A model generated the notes under the pieces. The model did not search any database. It saw only the letters and a program-made list of their open reading frames with translations, and was not told where the DNA came from. Both the position numbers and the translations under genes were made by a program. 64,000 nucleotides of DNA from Vicugna vicugna (Eukaryota), in the NCBI GenBank assembly GCA_013265495.1, contig MU057487.1, positions 434,001 through 498,000 on the forward strand. The letters run 5' to 3'. Of this stretch, positions 1 through 11,949 are shown in pieces; within the stretch, counting starts at the first letter, position 1, and every line of letters begins with the position of its first letter.

Positions 1-371
1 GAAGAGGTAGGGGAGGAGCTAGGATACATAGGAGCTTTACAACAAAGACCAGGTAGTTGGATCAATAAAAGATTACTTGTTATCTGAAGAAAGACAGGCA
101 TCTCAAGTTAAAGAATTTAGTGCTTTTCTATGTATGGGAGGAAGCAAACATTTGGGCTCATTGAATTCACTTCTTTGACAAGCATCTAGCTATCTAGGGC
201 CACTATCTTGTCTTTTATTATTCGGAGTCTGCTCAGAGTGCACCATTGTGAGTGGCTGCAGAGGCTGGGCTGCAGGCTTGTCTTCACTAGGGGGTGGCAG
301 CAGTGGCTGATGACTCGATGGCTTCAGCATTCTTTGTTTACTGATATGGTTTGCAGTATTTTTCATTCACA
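1..371 (-). mobile_element. ERV1-type LTR (MER41-like), truncated by window edge
   Basis: Ends ...GCAGTATTTTTCATTCACA, i.e. TGTGAATGAAAAATA start on the minus strand; body resembles recalled MER41-type artiodactyl LTRs. Confidence 0.65.
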
Positions 372-1751
372 GAAGATCTACACATCCATCACTCTCCTCA
401 TATTCCACTGTAACTTTTTTACAATGCCACAGTTAGCTCCATGAGAGATTGAATTTGTTCTTTCTCTTTGTTGGCCATGTGTCCCACTAGGAACTCTTAC
501 TATGCAAAAAGGGAGGATAAATTTTTGTTGGCACTATTGTTTTCTGTTCCACTTCCCAGCTCTTAAGTTTGCTTTGAGGGTCAAGTAAAGTGATGGATGG
601 AGAGAAGATCTGAATGTTAGCTGATAAAAAAATGGTAGTTACTGGTCTTGAAGTCAGCTACTAGGACCTGAATGGGAAAACAGCTGAATGACTTTAAATA
701 AATCCCTGAATTTTAGTTTCTATCTATAAAAAAAATTTAGATGATATTTATGTTCCTTTTCTGTGCCTTGTATGATAATCTTAAAATTGTTTCTGTACCT
801 TTTAAAAGTAATTCTCTGGTCCTTATTCAGAGTCTTTGTGCCTGTGGTGATTGCTTGGCATTATTTTGTCTAATTTGGATCCTTTCCTCTCCCTACTCAG
901 TTTTCCCTCCTTAGTCTGACTCCTGATGTTGGCAGTTTCAGTTACTGCCATCCCACCTGTCTCTTGCTTTTAGCATAAATATTTACATTCTGATAGGTTC
1001 TTTGTGTGGTTTTTGTAAAACTAGGAACAAAGTTGGAAACAAAAATATATACCTCAAGAAGTATGGCAATAATCAGGCCATTCAGTCTGTGAATCACAGT
1101 TGGAATGGTCAATTAAATAGGTCTCCTCCCTACTGAGAACCCTGAAGCATTGTAAAATGTAGGACCTGGAACACTGGCTGGATTTAGCCAAGAATTCAGT
1201 ATTAAAATGGGTCACCTCAGACATATAATAACACTTGTCAGATGATAAAGTTTAATAGCATTATCATACATCTTGGGTTTAGCCTAGGCACTTAGTTTCT
1301 ACCTGTCTTGTTTTAAATTAGTTTGGAAGAGACAAAGCGGGAGACAATTACAATTACAAAATCTTTGAATCAGAATAAAATGTAAAGGTCATTTCCGTCA
1401 ACTTCCCTTCCAGGCAGAACTTTCTTTTCAACTTCTCAAAGGTGTTCATTCTATTTTTCTTTGATTGGAAGCTCACTGGTTTCTAAGACTGCCTATTGTT
1501 CTATTGTTTACAATATTGAGAAATCCTCTAATCTTGTGCTGACATCTCTTTTCTGTTTTCCAATTACCTATGTGTGGGTTATCTGAATTGAACCTCATTG
1601 AATGCTGTGAGAATCCACAAAACTGCATTCCCTTTAACTTGGATTTTTGTTACTAAACACTAAAACTCCTGCATGATTTTCAGTTCCATTATCAAATCTT
1701 TTTAAGTGCCTGTGGTAATCTTAGCATTGATTTTCTATAGGTACATATCTT

Positions 1752-3857
1752 GTGTTAGTCAAGTGGACTATGTTATGCTGCGGTAGCAAGCAAACAGCTC
1801 TATTATCTTAGTGGCTTAAAACAAAAAAGCTTCATTTATTGCTCACATTACCTGTCATCTCAGGCTTATGGGGCTCTGCTTCATGTTGTTTTCTTTTAGG
1901 GATGTATATCCTGATGAAGCTTTCATGATCTTTCATGATCTTTAGTACTGGTAGTTAACATGGAAACAGTAAAGAAATAAATTAGAATAGTTCCTTTAAA
2001 CACTCTAACCCCGAAGGGACCACATAACTTCCACTCACATTTCACTGAATAAACTTTGTCTTACGGAGGAGAGGTGAAATCCTGCCATGTGCCTGAAAGA
2101 AGGCAAGCCAGAAATATTCATTATCCAATAAAATATTAATGACAGCCATGTAATATTTAGAAAATGGTCAATTTATTTTTATTAGTATGTGAAAATTGCC
2201 CTACTCTTCCCAAAAGAGGGAACCCAAAAGTCCCATCCAGTGATAGCGTAAATCTCATAGACCAGAATGTCTACATAATAAACAGTAGGCTATGCATCAG
2301 GTCTGAATATCACTCCTTTTGATCTGGAGACATATGAATTAAAAATATGAGTTAACTTCCTCTCCCAGTCCAAAATGCATTGGTTACAGTAGATTATATA
2401 ACTTCAATAAACATCCCTTTTGGAAAGAAAATAATGAAAGACATGCAGCAGATGCTAGTCTGATCCAGAACAATTCTACTATCTCATAGAGCCAAAATTA
2501 TAAAAGTTGCCTACTTTGGAAATAGAAAAGTTCTTTGCATAGGCTCTGGTTCCACCAGCTGGGAGTAATCCCTCTTGCCCAGTGTTCTCTGTGGTCCTCT
2601 GTGAGAGTCTTTCTTCTCTGTGATTCTTTGTAGGCACATCTGGAAAACTGATGTCGGAGTATATGCCATCTTTCAGACTCAAGTAGCTCAAGTCCACTTT
2701 CTGCCTGTAGATGACTGAAAATTCAAGAGTTGATTTAAGCCTAGATCAGTGGCAGTCTTTTTCAGTCCAGACTGGTAATTCTTAATGACAATAAAATTCT
2801 CTGAAAACGCTGTGGGTGTCTTACCTGTTTGATTCCAGTCAGTACAGTGTGCCAGCAATCCCACCCACGGTTCTTTGTAGTACAAGGTTCTTAGGACAGC
2901 AATCTTCTTTAACTTTCTCATCAAGTATCCTATCTCTAAATCTTGACTTCCAGCAGAAACAGCAGTTAGACTTGGAGGAGAGTAACTCCATTCAGTTCAC
3001 TTTCCGAGGGGTCCACCTTTAGTTCAGTCTCACACTGAAACACCTTTATCCATTCAGAAATTTATGCAATGAGTGCTATAGATCATGTACTTAGCATGAT
3101 CCTTGCCTGTGTGGCTGAGTTTTACTTGGCCTTTGTTTCTCAAAGGTTATGAATTTTATCTCAGGCTGGGAAGCAGTTGCCTCTTCTCTATGTTTCTGGA
3201 TTCAGAGACAGTGTGGATTCCTTTCTTATTCTTGTTTCCAAACCAGGTAATATTTTCCTGACCAAATCTCTCTTATAATACTTGCCAAGTGCAGCCAATA
3301 GCTACCTATATATGCCAAAATTATTTCTCCAACCTCTTTTCCAAGAGTTTGAAGTTCATTGGGTACATGATTTGCCTGCCAATTATTACAGGTGCCAATT
3401 TTACCAGATATTTCTCCACTGCTTAACTGATAACAGTTTCTGATAATGGTTTCTTCTCTCTAACTGCTTGATTGCTAAACTAGTGCCACATTTTGTAGTT
3501 TTTCTTGTTAACAGCTGTCTTCTCTTTTTGTTCAAATGTCTGTATCAATCAAGATGTGCTAGATTATGCTCTAGTAAAGAACATCCACAAAATTTTAGTG
3601 GTCTATCACTCATGCTATATGTACTTGTGTTATTGGGATTATCACCTATGTGGTCCTCACCTGAGCATGTAAGTGAGGGCACCTCCTTGATATTTGGAGT
3701 ATCACTGGGTATCATGGCAGACAAATGGAACTTTAAAGGCTTCTACCCAGAAAAGCAGATGTCAGTTCTATTCATATTTTATTGGTCAAAACAAGTCAGA
3801 TGACCACATCTAACTTAAAGTAGGGGAAGAAATGCAAATTAGTACTAATGACTACCC
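1752..3857 (-). mobile_element. Ancient MaLR provirus (MLT1L/N-like): LTR ~1752-2148, internal ~2149-3540, LTR ~3541-3857
   Basis: Two similar blocks starting TGTGTTAGTCAAG..TATGCTG / TGTATCAATCAAG..TTATGCT and ending TAATGACAGCCA / TAATGACTACC flank MLT-int-like sequence. Confidence 0.7.
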
Positions 3858-4899
3858 TGCTTCTTTTAATTTCTATAAAAGATTATTTGATTATGTTTAA
3901 AGTCTAGAAGGTATGAAGCTCTAACTGTGCTAGTTTTTGCACATGTGACATCTGGACATGATTTCATTATTGAGACATTTGTAGAGTTAGAATATATTAA
4001 CAACTAACCATTATAAAATACCAGCTACATTCCATAATAAAGGAAAAATAAAGCAGTAGTAAAATAAATCAAGATTCTCCATCAAGAATATTTATTTACT
4101 AATAGAGGTCTAGAAGGTATGGTATTTTCCAAATGAAGACATTCATAATTCATGCAGCTCCATGAAGTCTCTGATCAAGTAGACTTCATTTCTAATTCTT
4201 TTACTCCTTTTACTCATATGTGAGGTGTGTTGGGACATTATTTGTGACAGTGCTATTTAAGGGCTTTAAGATCTTATTAATTTGTTCAGGGCAAAAGTCC
4301 ATCTTCTTTTAAAAAAATCCACGGTATCCAGTAATGCACTCAGTACATGGGAGGCAGACATATTTCATGAACAACAAAGAAATGATGTTCTTTTAATACT
4401 GGGGTTAATTTCATTGAAATGTGATTTATATTCACTAAGAAACAGAAGAAAAATATCTGTAACAAAACGAGGCACAAAAGGTATATAGAATGAGCTATTT
4501 GCTTTAAAAACAACAAAATAGAATAAAACAAAAGCCAAATATAAGAGGTTTTAGCAATTATTTTCTATAAGACAACCAGGCAAATCATCATTTGGAGTTT
4601 AGTAGGATAGCTGCTTTCTTATTGTTATTTGTATTCTTACTTTGCTGCTAAAAAACCCTCAAAACTGAATGGTTAATTAAGAAACAAGCCTTCTGTCTTA
4701 CGCAGGATGTCCTCTTTGTAAAACTAAAGTCCATTGTGTTTGTCTCTGCACGTAATTATCACAGTCATTTGACATGTTTCAAAAGGGATTAGTGTTTCTC
4801 TTAGAGCCACCACAGGTCATAGAATTAGCAGGAATCTCAAAAACCCCTGTGGTCACTATACCACTGAGATCACTGCAATATTTCTCTCATTTCCTTTCT

Positions 4900-5420
4900 T
4901 CTAGACATCTTCTCTTTCAAATCCATCCTGCACCCCAAGGTTGAATTGATTTTTTAAAAAAACCTTTCTTTGTCCATATCAGTTCAAGACACAAACAGCT
5001 TTGATTCCCTGTTGTTTATAGGACTAAGTCTAGATTTCTTGTGCTAGCATTCAAGATCCTTTACAGTCTTTACAACAATTTCTTTTCTCTTCCAAGAGAA
5101 TAGAAATTCTCTTTATCATTTCTTCAATGTGCCACAGACATCTCCATTTCTGGACCTGAAATGTTCTCCCTGCTGTGACAATTTGTACATAGACTCAAAA
5201 TCCAAGTGATTTTCTCCATGACGACTCCCTCATGTTCTCCTATTCTTAATTAAAATTTATGTTAGAACTTTTTATTCTCTCCCCTCTCCCAATAACTTAC
5301 AATTTGTAAAAAGAGGTGTACTTATCAAGTAATAAGATGATTTCATGAGCCAAAGACTATATTTTTTAAATTCCTCACAAGACCAAGCTTATACACATGC
5401 TGAATTAATGCTTGTTTATT
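4900..5420 (+). mobile_element. L2 LINE fragments
   Basis: Decayed L2 3' region motifs (CTAGCATTCAAGATCC; TTAATGCTTGTTTATTGA). Confidence 0.5.
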
Positions 5421-5659
5421 GACCTGGAGACATTGGATTAGTTTCCATCTCCTGGCAAATCCACAAATTAGCAAAAAATTAGACTAGTTCATTTTCTCAT
5501 TCTCTAAAACCAGAAATTCTTTTTAATGAGAAATTGTTTTTTACTCACTCTCTGTCTCACTTTTAAATTAAAAAAAAAAACTTACTTTAAAAATTCTCCA
5601 GAAATTGTTTCTTAACTAGGTAACACCATGCTTGTCATTCATGAATATGAATTATAATC

Positions 5660-5790
5660 ACTCTTGATGTTTTAAAAAACTGGACTTGACTTCCAATACT
5701 CTAATTTAACAGGTATGAGTGAAGACAAACATCTGTGCTTAAACTCCACAGGTAATTCCAATGTGAACTTATCTGTTGAGAACCACTGCT
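5660..5790. mobile_element. MER5-type hAT-Charlie fossil
   Basis: CTCCACAGGTAATTCCAATGTG...TTGAGAACCACTG terminal motif. Confidence 0.55.
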
Positions 5791-6289
5791 CTAATAACTT
5801 GGAACTCTTGACTATTTCTATATTTTTTAATGTGAAGAGACAAGCCTAGTCTTGATTATCTTAAAATGCTCATTATAACCTTCATCCCCCTCCTTTTCAC
5901 TTTATATTTCATACAGTGGTTCATAATACTCTAGTTTTAGCTACAAAGTATTGGTATCTCTAGGACAGACTCCCATCAGACACAATTCAGTCTTATCAAT
6001 GTTGTTCCACAATTCTTCAAAGTGTCTCTTCTAGACCACTGAAAATGGAATTATCCAAGTGGCTTTGTAAATACACAAGCTCTTGGGCTTCCCCACAGAC
6101 CTGCTTATTCTCATGTATACTAAAGTTAGAAAACCACTCTAAATCGTTATTCACCATTCTGTTATGTAATGGAGCATGTCAGTGATAGCAAACCTGAAAT
6201 CGTAGACTGGCCTGAAGCTTCATAGGAGAACCTTGAAAGAATTAGTTGTAGCACATTAATTTAATTTGATAATTTAATTATTTAAGGTG

Positions 6290-6500
6290 CAGGCTAGGCT
6301 GATATGTAAGTAGATGATCAAAATATTCTATGGCTTAAAATAAAAGCTAGATTCCTGCTTAACAGTCCAGATGTGAGTGGTCCCAAGCTGGCAGGGTGAA
6401 TGTGACCCATAAGGTCATCAGAGACTCAGGCTGAAGAGAGTTTGTAGTCCTGAACATGCGGTTTCCTTCTCTCAGTCCAAGGCAACTGCCCTAGATGTTG
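6290..6500 (-). mobile_element. MLT1-type LTR fragment
   Basis: GGCTAGGCTG...TGGCTTAAAATAAAAG...GTCATCAGAGACTCAGGCTG resembles old MLT1 LTRs. Confidence 0.45.
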
Positions 6501-6509
6501 CCAATAACA

Positions 6510-7282
6510 AGTGATTGTCAAACACCAGCTTGCTGTCCTATCTTTCAACTCAATTCTGCCATATCTACCTGGAGATAGTGTCAGATTCCATAGGCTAAGG
6601 GCTTAGTCCCACAGGACTGCTCCCTGCTTTCACTTCAGACTCCAGTCACAAGTCTAGGTTATCACCTGGGCTTTCTGAGCAGCTGGCTATAGATGAAAGT
6701 TTCCAAAGACTCCCTCCTTGGGTTTTTGTTTAATTTGTTAGAGCAGCCGACAGAACTCTGAGAAAATTTTGCTTAATCGATCACCAGTTTATTACAGAAA
6801 GATATAACTCAGGAACAGCCAAATGGAGGAGATACACAGGGTTTAGAGCTTCCATGCCTTCTTTGAGCTACTCTTCCCAGACCTCCACTTATCCACTAAA
6901 CCAGAAGCTCTCAGAACCCTGTTCTTTTGGGTTTTAAAGAGGCTTTCTTACATAAGCAGGAATGATTAAATCATTGGCCATTGGAGAGTGACGCAACCTC
7001 CAGCCCCTTTCCTTTCCCTGGAGGTGGGGAGTGGTGAAACTAAAAGTTCCAAGCCTCTAATCACAAGGTTGGTTTCCCTGGGAACAGGCTCTATCCTTTG
7101 GTGTCTCAAAAGTCACCTCATTAAAATAACAAAAAGCAACTTTATGGCTCTTATCACAGGAAATTGCAAGAATTTTAGGAGCTGTGAGCCTGAAACCAGT
7201 GGACAAAGACCAAACATAAATGAGAAATATATTTTGTCATTGAATGACCAAATATATATTTCTTATAAATCACAATATCACA
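6510..7282. mobile_element. MER21-like LTR
   Basis: ACACCAGCT..CAATTCTG..ATCTACCTGGAGATAG.GTCAGAT.CCA.AGG.TAAGGGCT.AGTCCCACA hallmark of MER21; ends ACAATATCACA; accounts for most of ORF 6988-7431. Confidence 0.75.
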
Positions 7283-8829
7283 ATTTTAATATTTATTCAC
7301 ATTCATTACTTTATATTAATAAATCTAAGTATATACATTTCCTCCTTGTAGTTTGGGACATCATTAAGCAAATTATCCAACTGGCAGGTAACTATAACAT
7401 TGAATCAAAATCCTCACTAATGTTCAATTAAATTACACTAGTTATTTCTTTTATCAACACAACCTGCCATTCCACTGCAAAAATAATTTGATTTGTTATG
7501 ATTTACTCTTCCCAAAGCTAATCTAGTTGTTCTATGAACCTTCAAGGTCTCATTTAAAATACTTTTGCTTTACTGTCCTCAGGGACCTGGCAGACTAGTG
7601 TGAGTTGCTGAGTTTGCCCTCTTCCACTCCCTTTGATGAAGAGCACTCACTTGTCCGCTTTCCTCCACTTTCCAGAGGCCTCCTCTGTTCTCTCTGTGCA
7701 CTCAGAGGTGGAGCTTGTGTCTGTGTAATATCACCTGCCAATTCCAAGTTACCCAGAGATTTTAATAAAGATGCTCTGGTGGTTTGTGTGAATCCTGATT
7801 CTGTCTGACATCGCACATGCCTCTTTTCCCTGGCTTTTTGTGTTCCTATCATGTCAACTTTCTTATTTGTCCTTTCTGCATTCAGTTGTTGAAAACGTAT
7901 TCTGTACTAGGCCACTGAGCCTAGGGCTGGAATTGGAGAAATTCTCCTGCCCTTAAAAAGTACATAGTGTAGTAGTAGAGACAGAAGCTAAGCCAACATG
8001 TACAATAATGTTATAAATGTTGAGATTAAAACATAAACAGGGATAATGGGAAACGTTTGAAGTTCAGTAGAATGACAATTCCAAAGCCCCGGTGTCTCAA
8101 TTTTTGGTATTGTTTCCTAAGTACTATTATTTTCTCATTGTTTTTTCTGTTTTACTTAATTGAAGAAAGTTTTCTAGCAATTTTCTTATGTCTCTTAAAC
8201 CTTAAGATCCTTGATCTGATTTCTGTGCAAGTGGACTATTTTTCTGTTTTTCTCAGTGACCTGGCCTGTTTTCTACTTCTCGTAGGATTCCCACCAGCCC
8301 TTTGAGCCTCTCACAGCTCTGGGCTGAGCCACTATGACATCCTGCTGCTTTACCCATCTGCCCCATATTCCTGTAGAAATTCCTATTCCCGTCAAAGTAA
8401 GAGTTTAATGCATGAGCTGACCTGTTAGAGTCTCCTGCCTCTGAACTGTTCTTCCATCTGCATGCTTTCTCTAAGCATCTTGGCTTGCTGTTTTGAAATA
8501 TTACCACTTTCCCTTCCTGATCTCAGGTTCACAAGTAAAATAAACAATGCTTTCATACCATTATCATTATACTTTATATGTTAGAAGTTTTTATATATGT
8601 CAAAATCATTTCTGCTTTCCACATTTTATTAATAAAAACAAAAGTGCAGTGAGGGTATGTGATTTGATTGCAGTGTTTTTTTAGTAGGAGAATAGGATTT
8701 AAACTCTAGTGTTCTGATTTTAAATTCCATGAGTCTGTGACATTCTTTGTAATAGCAACATTTTGTCCCTTTCCACTAAGATTATATCTGCTATGAAAAA
8801 CTTCTCTCAATCTTTACCACTTGAAATAG

Positions 8830-9900
8830 CATAAATCTTTTACCTTCTATTAAAAAATAGAAATTCTGGATATATTTCAATTTGTAAAAATTATGAGTGT
8901 TAAAGAAAGGAAGGGAATTGCTAGGTTCCAGAATCAAAGGGAAACTTAAAAGCCAAAATGGTAAGTTAGAATGTTTTGCTTTGGCAGCTCTAAGATTGGA
9001 GGGCAGAGATGTCAGATCATGTCTTGATATAGGGCCTTGATAAGTAAAGTTGAGTGATCATTGTTGGAATAAGATGTGTAATCTTAAAGTTGAGTAAAGG
9101 AATGAGAACTAACAGCCATGCTAAAGCTGGACCTCTACAAAGAATGCAGTTAAAGAGGAAATAGGAAAAGTATACTCATCTGCACAAAGATGTAACAAAG
9201 AACTTGACTCTACCATAGCCCTGAGTGGGAAAAAGATACTCTAGTAAGAAACTTAAGTCCTAGGACAGAACCAAAAAATAGTCATGAAGTCTAAAGTTAT
9301 TTTGCAAATATTTTGCTGGGCTCCTCAAAACAGAAAATTAATTTTAAAACTAAACTATTGAACACCTTGTGGGTTTGAAGAAGCAAAGACAAAACAATTA
9401 TATAACAACCAATCCAGAGAACATGGGATTTGTACAGGAAAAAAAATTCCCACTAAAAATGAGCTCATGAGAAAAAATAGAACACGTACAAGGAAATATT
9501 ACACCTTGAGGGAGTTAGCCAACACACATTTAAGGACTAGCTCTCTTGGAACTTGAGATAATAAAGCAGTTGCAAAGAGGTCATGTAATAATCACTATGC
9601 TACTAAAATGATTTAAGAAACAAAAAGAGGATTAGAGTCATAGAAAAATAAGAGAAGACAATGACAAAGTAGCTTGCAGATTTGACAAAGAACAAATAAA
9701 GCATCTACCAATAAAGAAAGTGATCACTGAAACTAAAATTCATGACATGGTTAGATTGAACATTATACAGCTAAAGATATTTTCACTGATACAAATCTGA
9801 AATTACCCATAATGAAGCACATAGGATAAAGAGTTGGCAAATAGTAAATAGAGGGTAAGAGATAGAATGGAATGAGAATATGAATATCAACATGAACCAC
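8830..9900 (+). mobile_element. Old L1M 5'/ORF1-region fragment
   Basis: A-rich decayed sequence with L1M ORF1-like tracts (GAACTTGAGATAATA...GAAACTAAAATTCA...GATTGAAC). Confidence 0.45.
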
Positions 9901-10354
9901 CTTCCAAGAGTGAATGTGTGTAGAAGTTATTATTTGCTCTGAATGTTCAAATGTGTAGAATAACCCTTCTGTCTCAGATTCCAAGATCATGATGAAGCCT
10001 TCATCTGATGCAGTATTGTGGAAATAGTTGGAAATTTGGAATGAGAGTTTAAGAGAACCCAGCTTTCTGGGAATGGGAGGGGGGAGGTGTGTGTTGAAGA
10101 GGTCCCAGAATTCATTTATTTTATTTTATTGCTGCAGACTTTAATAGCTCTAATGTTGTTTTTATCTTTTGTATCTATGTATGTCTGTGTCTTTCTGTGT
10201 CTATCTATCTAACTCAAGGCTGGCTAGCCATTACATTTGGGATTTGATGATTGAAAACTAATGTTTAATGTACCTAGAAATTAAAACTTTTTCTGCCAGT
10301 TAGATTTGCCTGACTGGCACAGTAGAACAAAAAGGTCATCTCCCTCCGTTTTCA

Positions 10355-10536
10355 CTTTTATTGATTTTTTTCATGGTGGTCTGTGATCAGTGATCTTTGA
10401 TGTTACTACTATGACTCACTGAAGGCTCAGATGATGCTTGGCATTTTTCAGTAACGAAGAATTTTTAATTAAGGTATTTACATTGTTTCTTTAGACATAA
10501 TGCTTTTGCACACTTGATAGACAACAGTTTAGTGTA
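10355..10536 (+). mobile_element. Tigger1-derived non-autonomous element (Tigger1a-like), 3' truncated
   Basis: TGATCAGTGATCTTTGATGTTACTA joined to GAAGGCTCAGATGAT...TTAGACATAATGC..TTGCACACTT.ATAGAC, matching Tigger1 5' and 3' parts. Confidence 0.75.
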
Positions 10537-10537
10537 C

Positions 10538-11465
10538 ACCTATGAAATAGGAGAAAATATTTGCAAATCACATATTTGATAAGGGGTTAATGTCCAAAAT
10601 ATACAAGACACTCACCCAACTCAATAGCAAAACCCCCAAATATCCCATTTAAAAAGTGGGCAAAGTACCTAAGTAGACATTTTTCCAAAGGAGACATACA
10701 AATGCCCAACAGGAACATGGAAAAGTTTTCAGTATCACTAATTATCTGGGAAATGGAAATCAAAACCACAATGAAATATCACCACACAACTGTTAAGATG
10801 GCTATTAAAAAAAGGACAAAATATGACAAATGCTGGTGAGGATGTAGAGAAAAAGCCCTTGAACACAGCTTGTGGGAATATAAAGCCACTATGGAAAAAA
10901 GTTTGGAGGTTTCTCAAGAAATAAAAAATGGGAGTATCATATGACCTAGCAATCCCACTTTGGGATCCAAAGGAAATGAAATCATTATCTCAATGATAGC
11001 TGTACTCACATGTTCACAGCAGCACTATTCATGATAACCAAGGTATGGAAACAACCTAAATGTCTATCAATAAATGAATGGATAAAGAAAATATATATAT
11101 AATATTATGCAAAGAAGGAAACCCTGTCATTTGCAATAACATGGATGAATCTGGAGGACATTATTCTAAATAAAAATAGCTACACTAGGAAAGTCAAATA
11201 CTATTTTTTAATTACTTATAAGTGGAAACCAGATAAATAAATAAATATAAAAACTTCAACCTTACAGAAAGAGAAAGTAGTGAAGTTGCTGCCAGGGGCT
11301 TGGGGTGGGGGAAATAGAGAGAGGCTGATAAAGGGTACACACTGTCAGTTATAAAATGAATAAGTTCTTAGGATCTAATGTACAGCATGGTGACTCTAGC
11401 TGATAGCACTGTATTGGGTAATTGAAATTTGCTAAGATAGTATAACTTAAGTGTTCTCATAAGAA
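10538..11465 (+). mobile_element. L1MA (L1MA8/9-like) 3' end: ORF2 C-terminus plus 3' UTR
   Basis: GAGAAAATATTTGCAAATCA...AAATCAAAACCACAATGA...GGATCTAATGTACAGCATGGTGACT...GTGTTCTCA. Confidence 0.9.
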
Positions 11466-11949
11466 ACCAACTAAAAATAGTTCTTTATATATGGAAAAGT
11501 ACTCACACCTCCAGCAAAGACTTCTTTTCAGATGGCAGTAGTCAGAGGCAAGTCACTGATGCTATAATAGGTCAAATCTTTCAGATAGAAGGATGGTAGC
11601 ATAAAGCAAAGAAAAAGGGACAGCTTGGATAGGGCTGGTCTCAGCTGCCACTACCAAGCATTGATTCATTCATTCCACAAATGTTCTTTGAGCACAATGT
11701 GTGAAACCTAGAGATACAGCTAGGAACTAGATGAAGTCCTCAGGGGGGAAGAAAAGACCTCCTCCTGCAGGTTTGGAAAGGCATTCCCTTTGCATGTGCT
11801 CTCCACACAAATCGAGATAGGCAAATCGAGACTACACACTTGTCTCAATAGTAGACATTTGGAGCGGTAAGTAGCTTTGTGTTAATTAGGTGTATATCAT
11901 CAGATACTCTGCAGCAAAGTCTAAGGATGGATTTTTTCCTACTTTCTTC

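Noticed and set aside
6988..7431. Longest ORF in the track (147 aa)
   Set aside because: It has a non-ATG start, lies mostly in a MER21-like LTR and runs into AT-rich flank; no recognisable homology.
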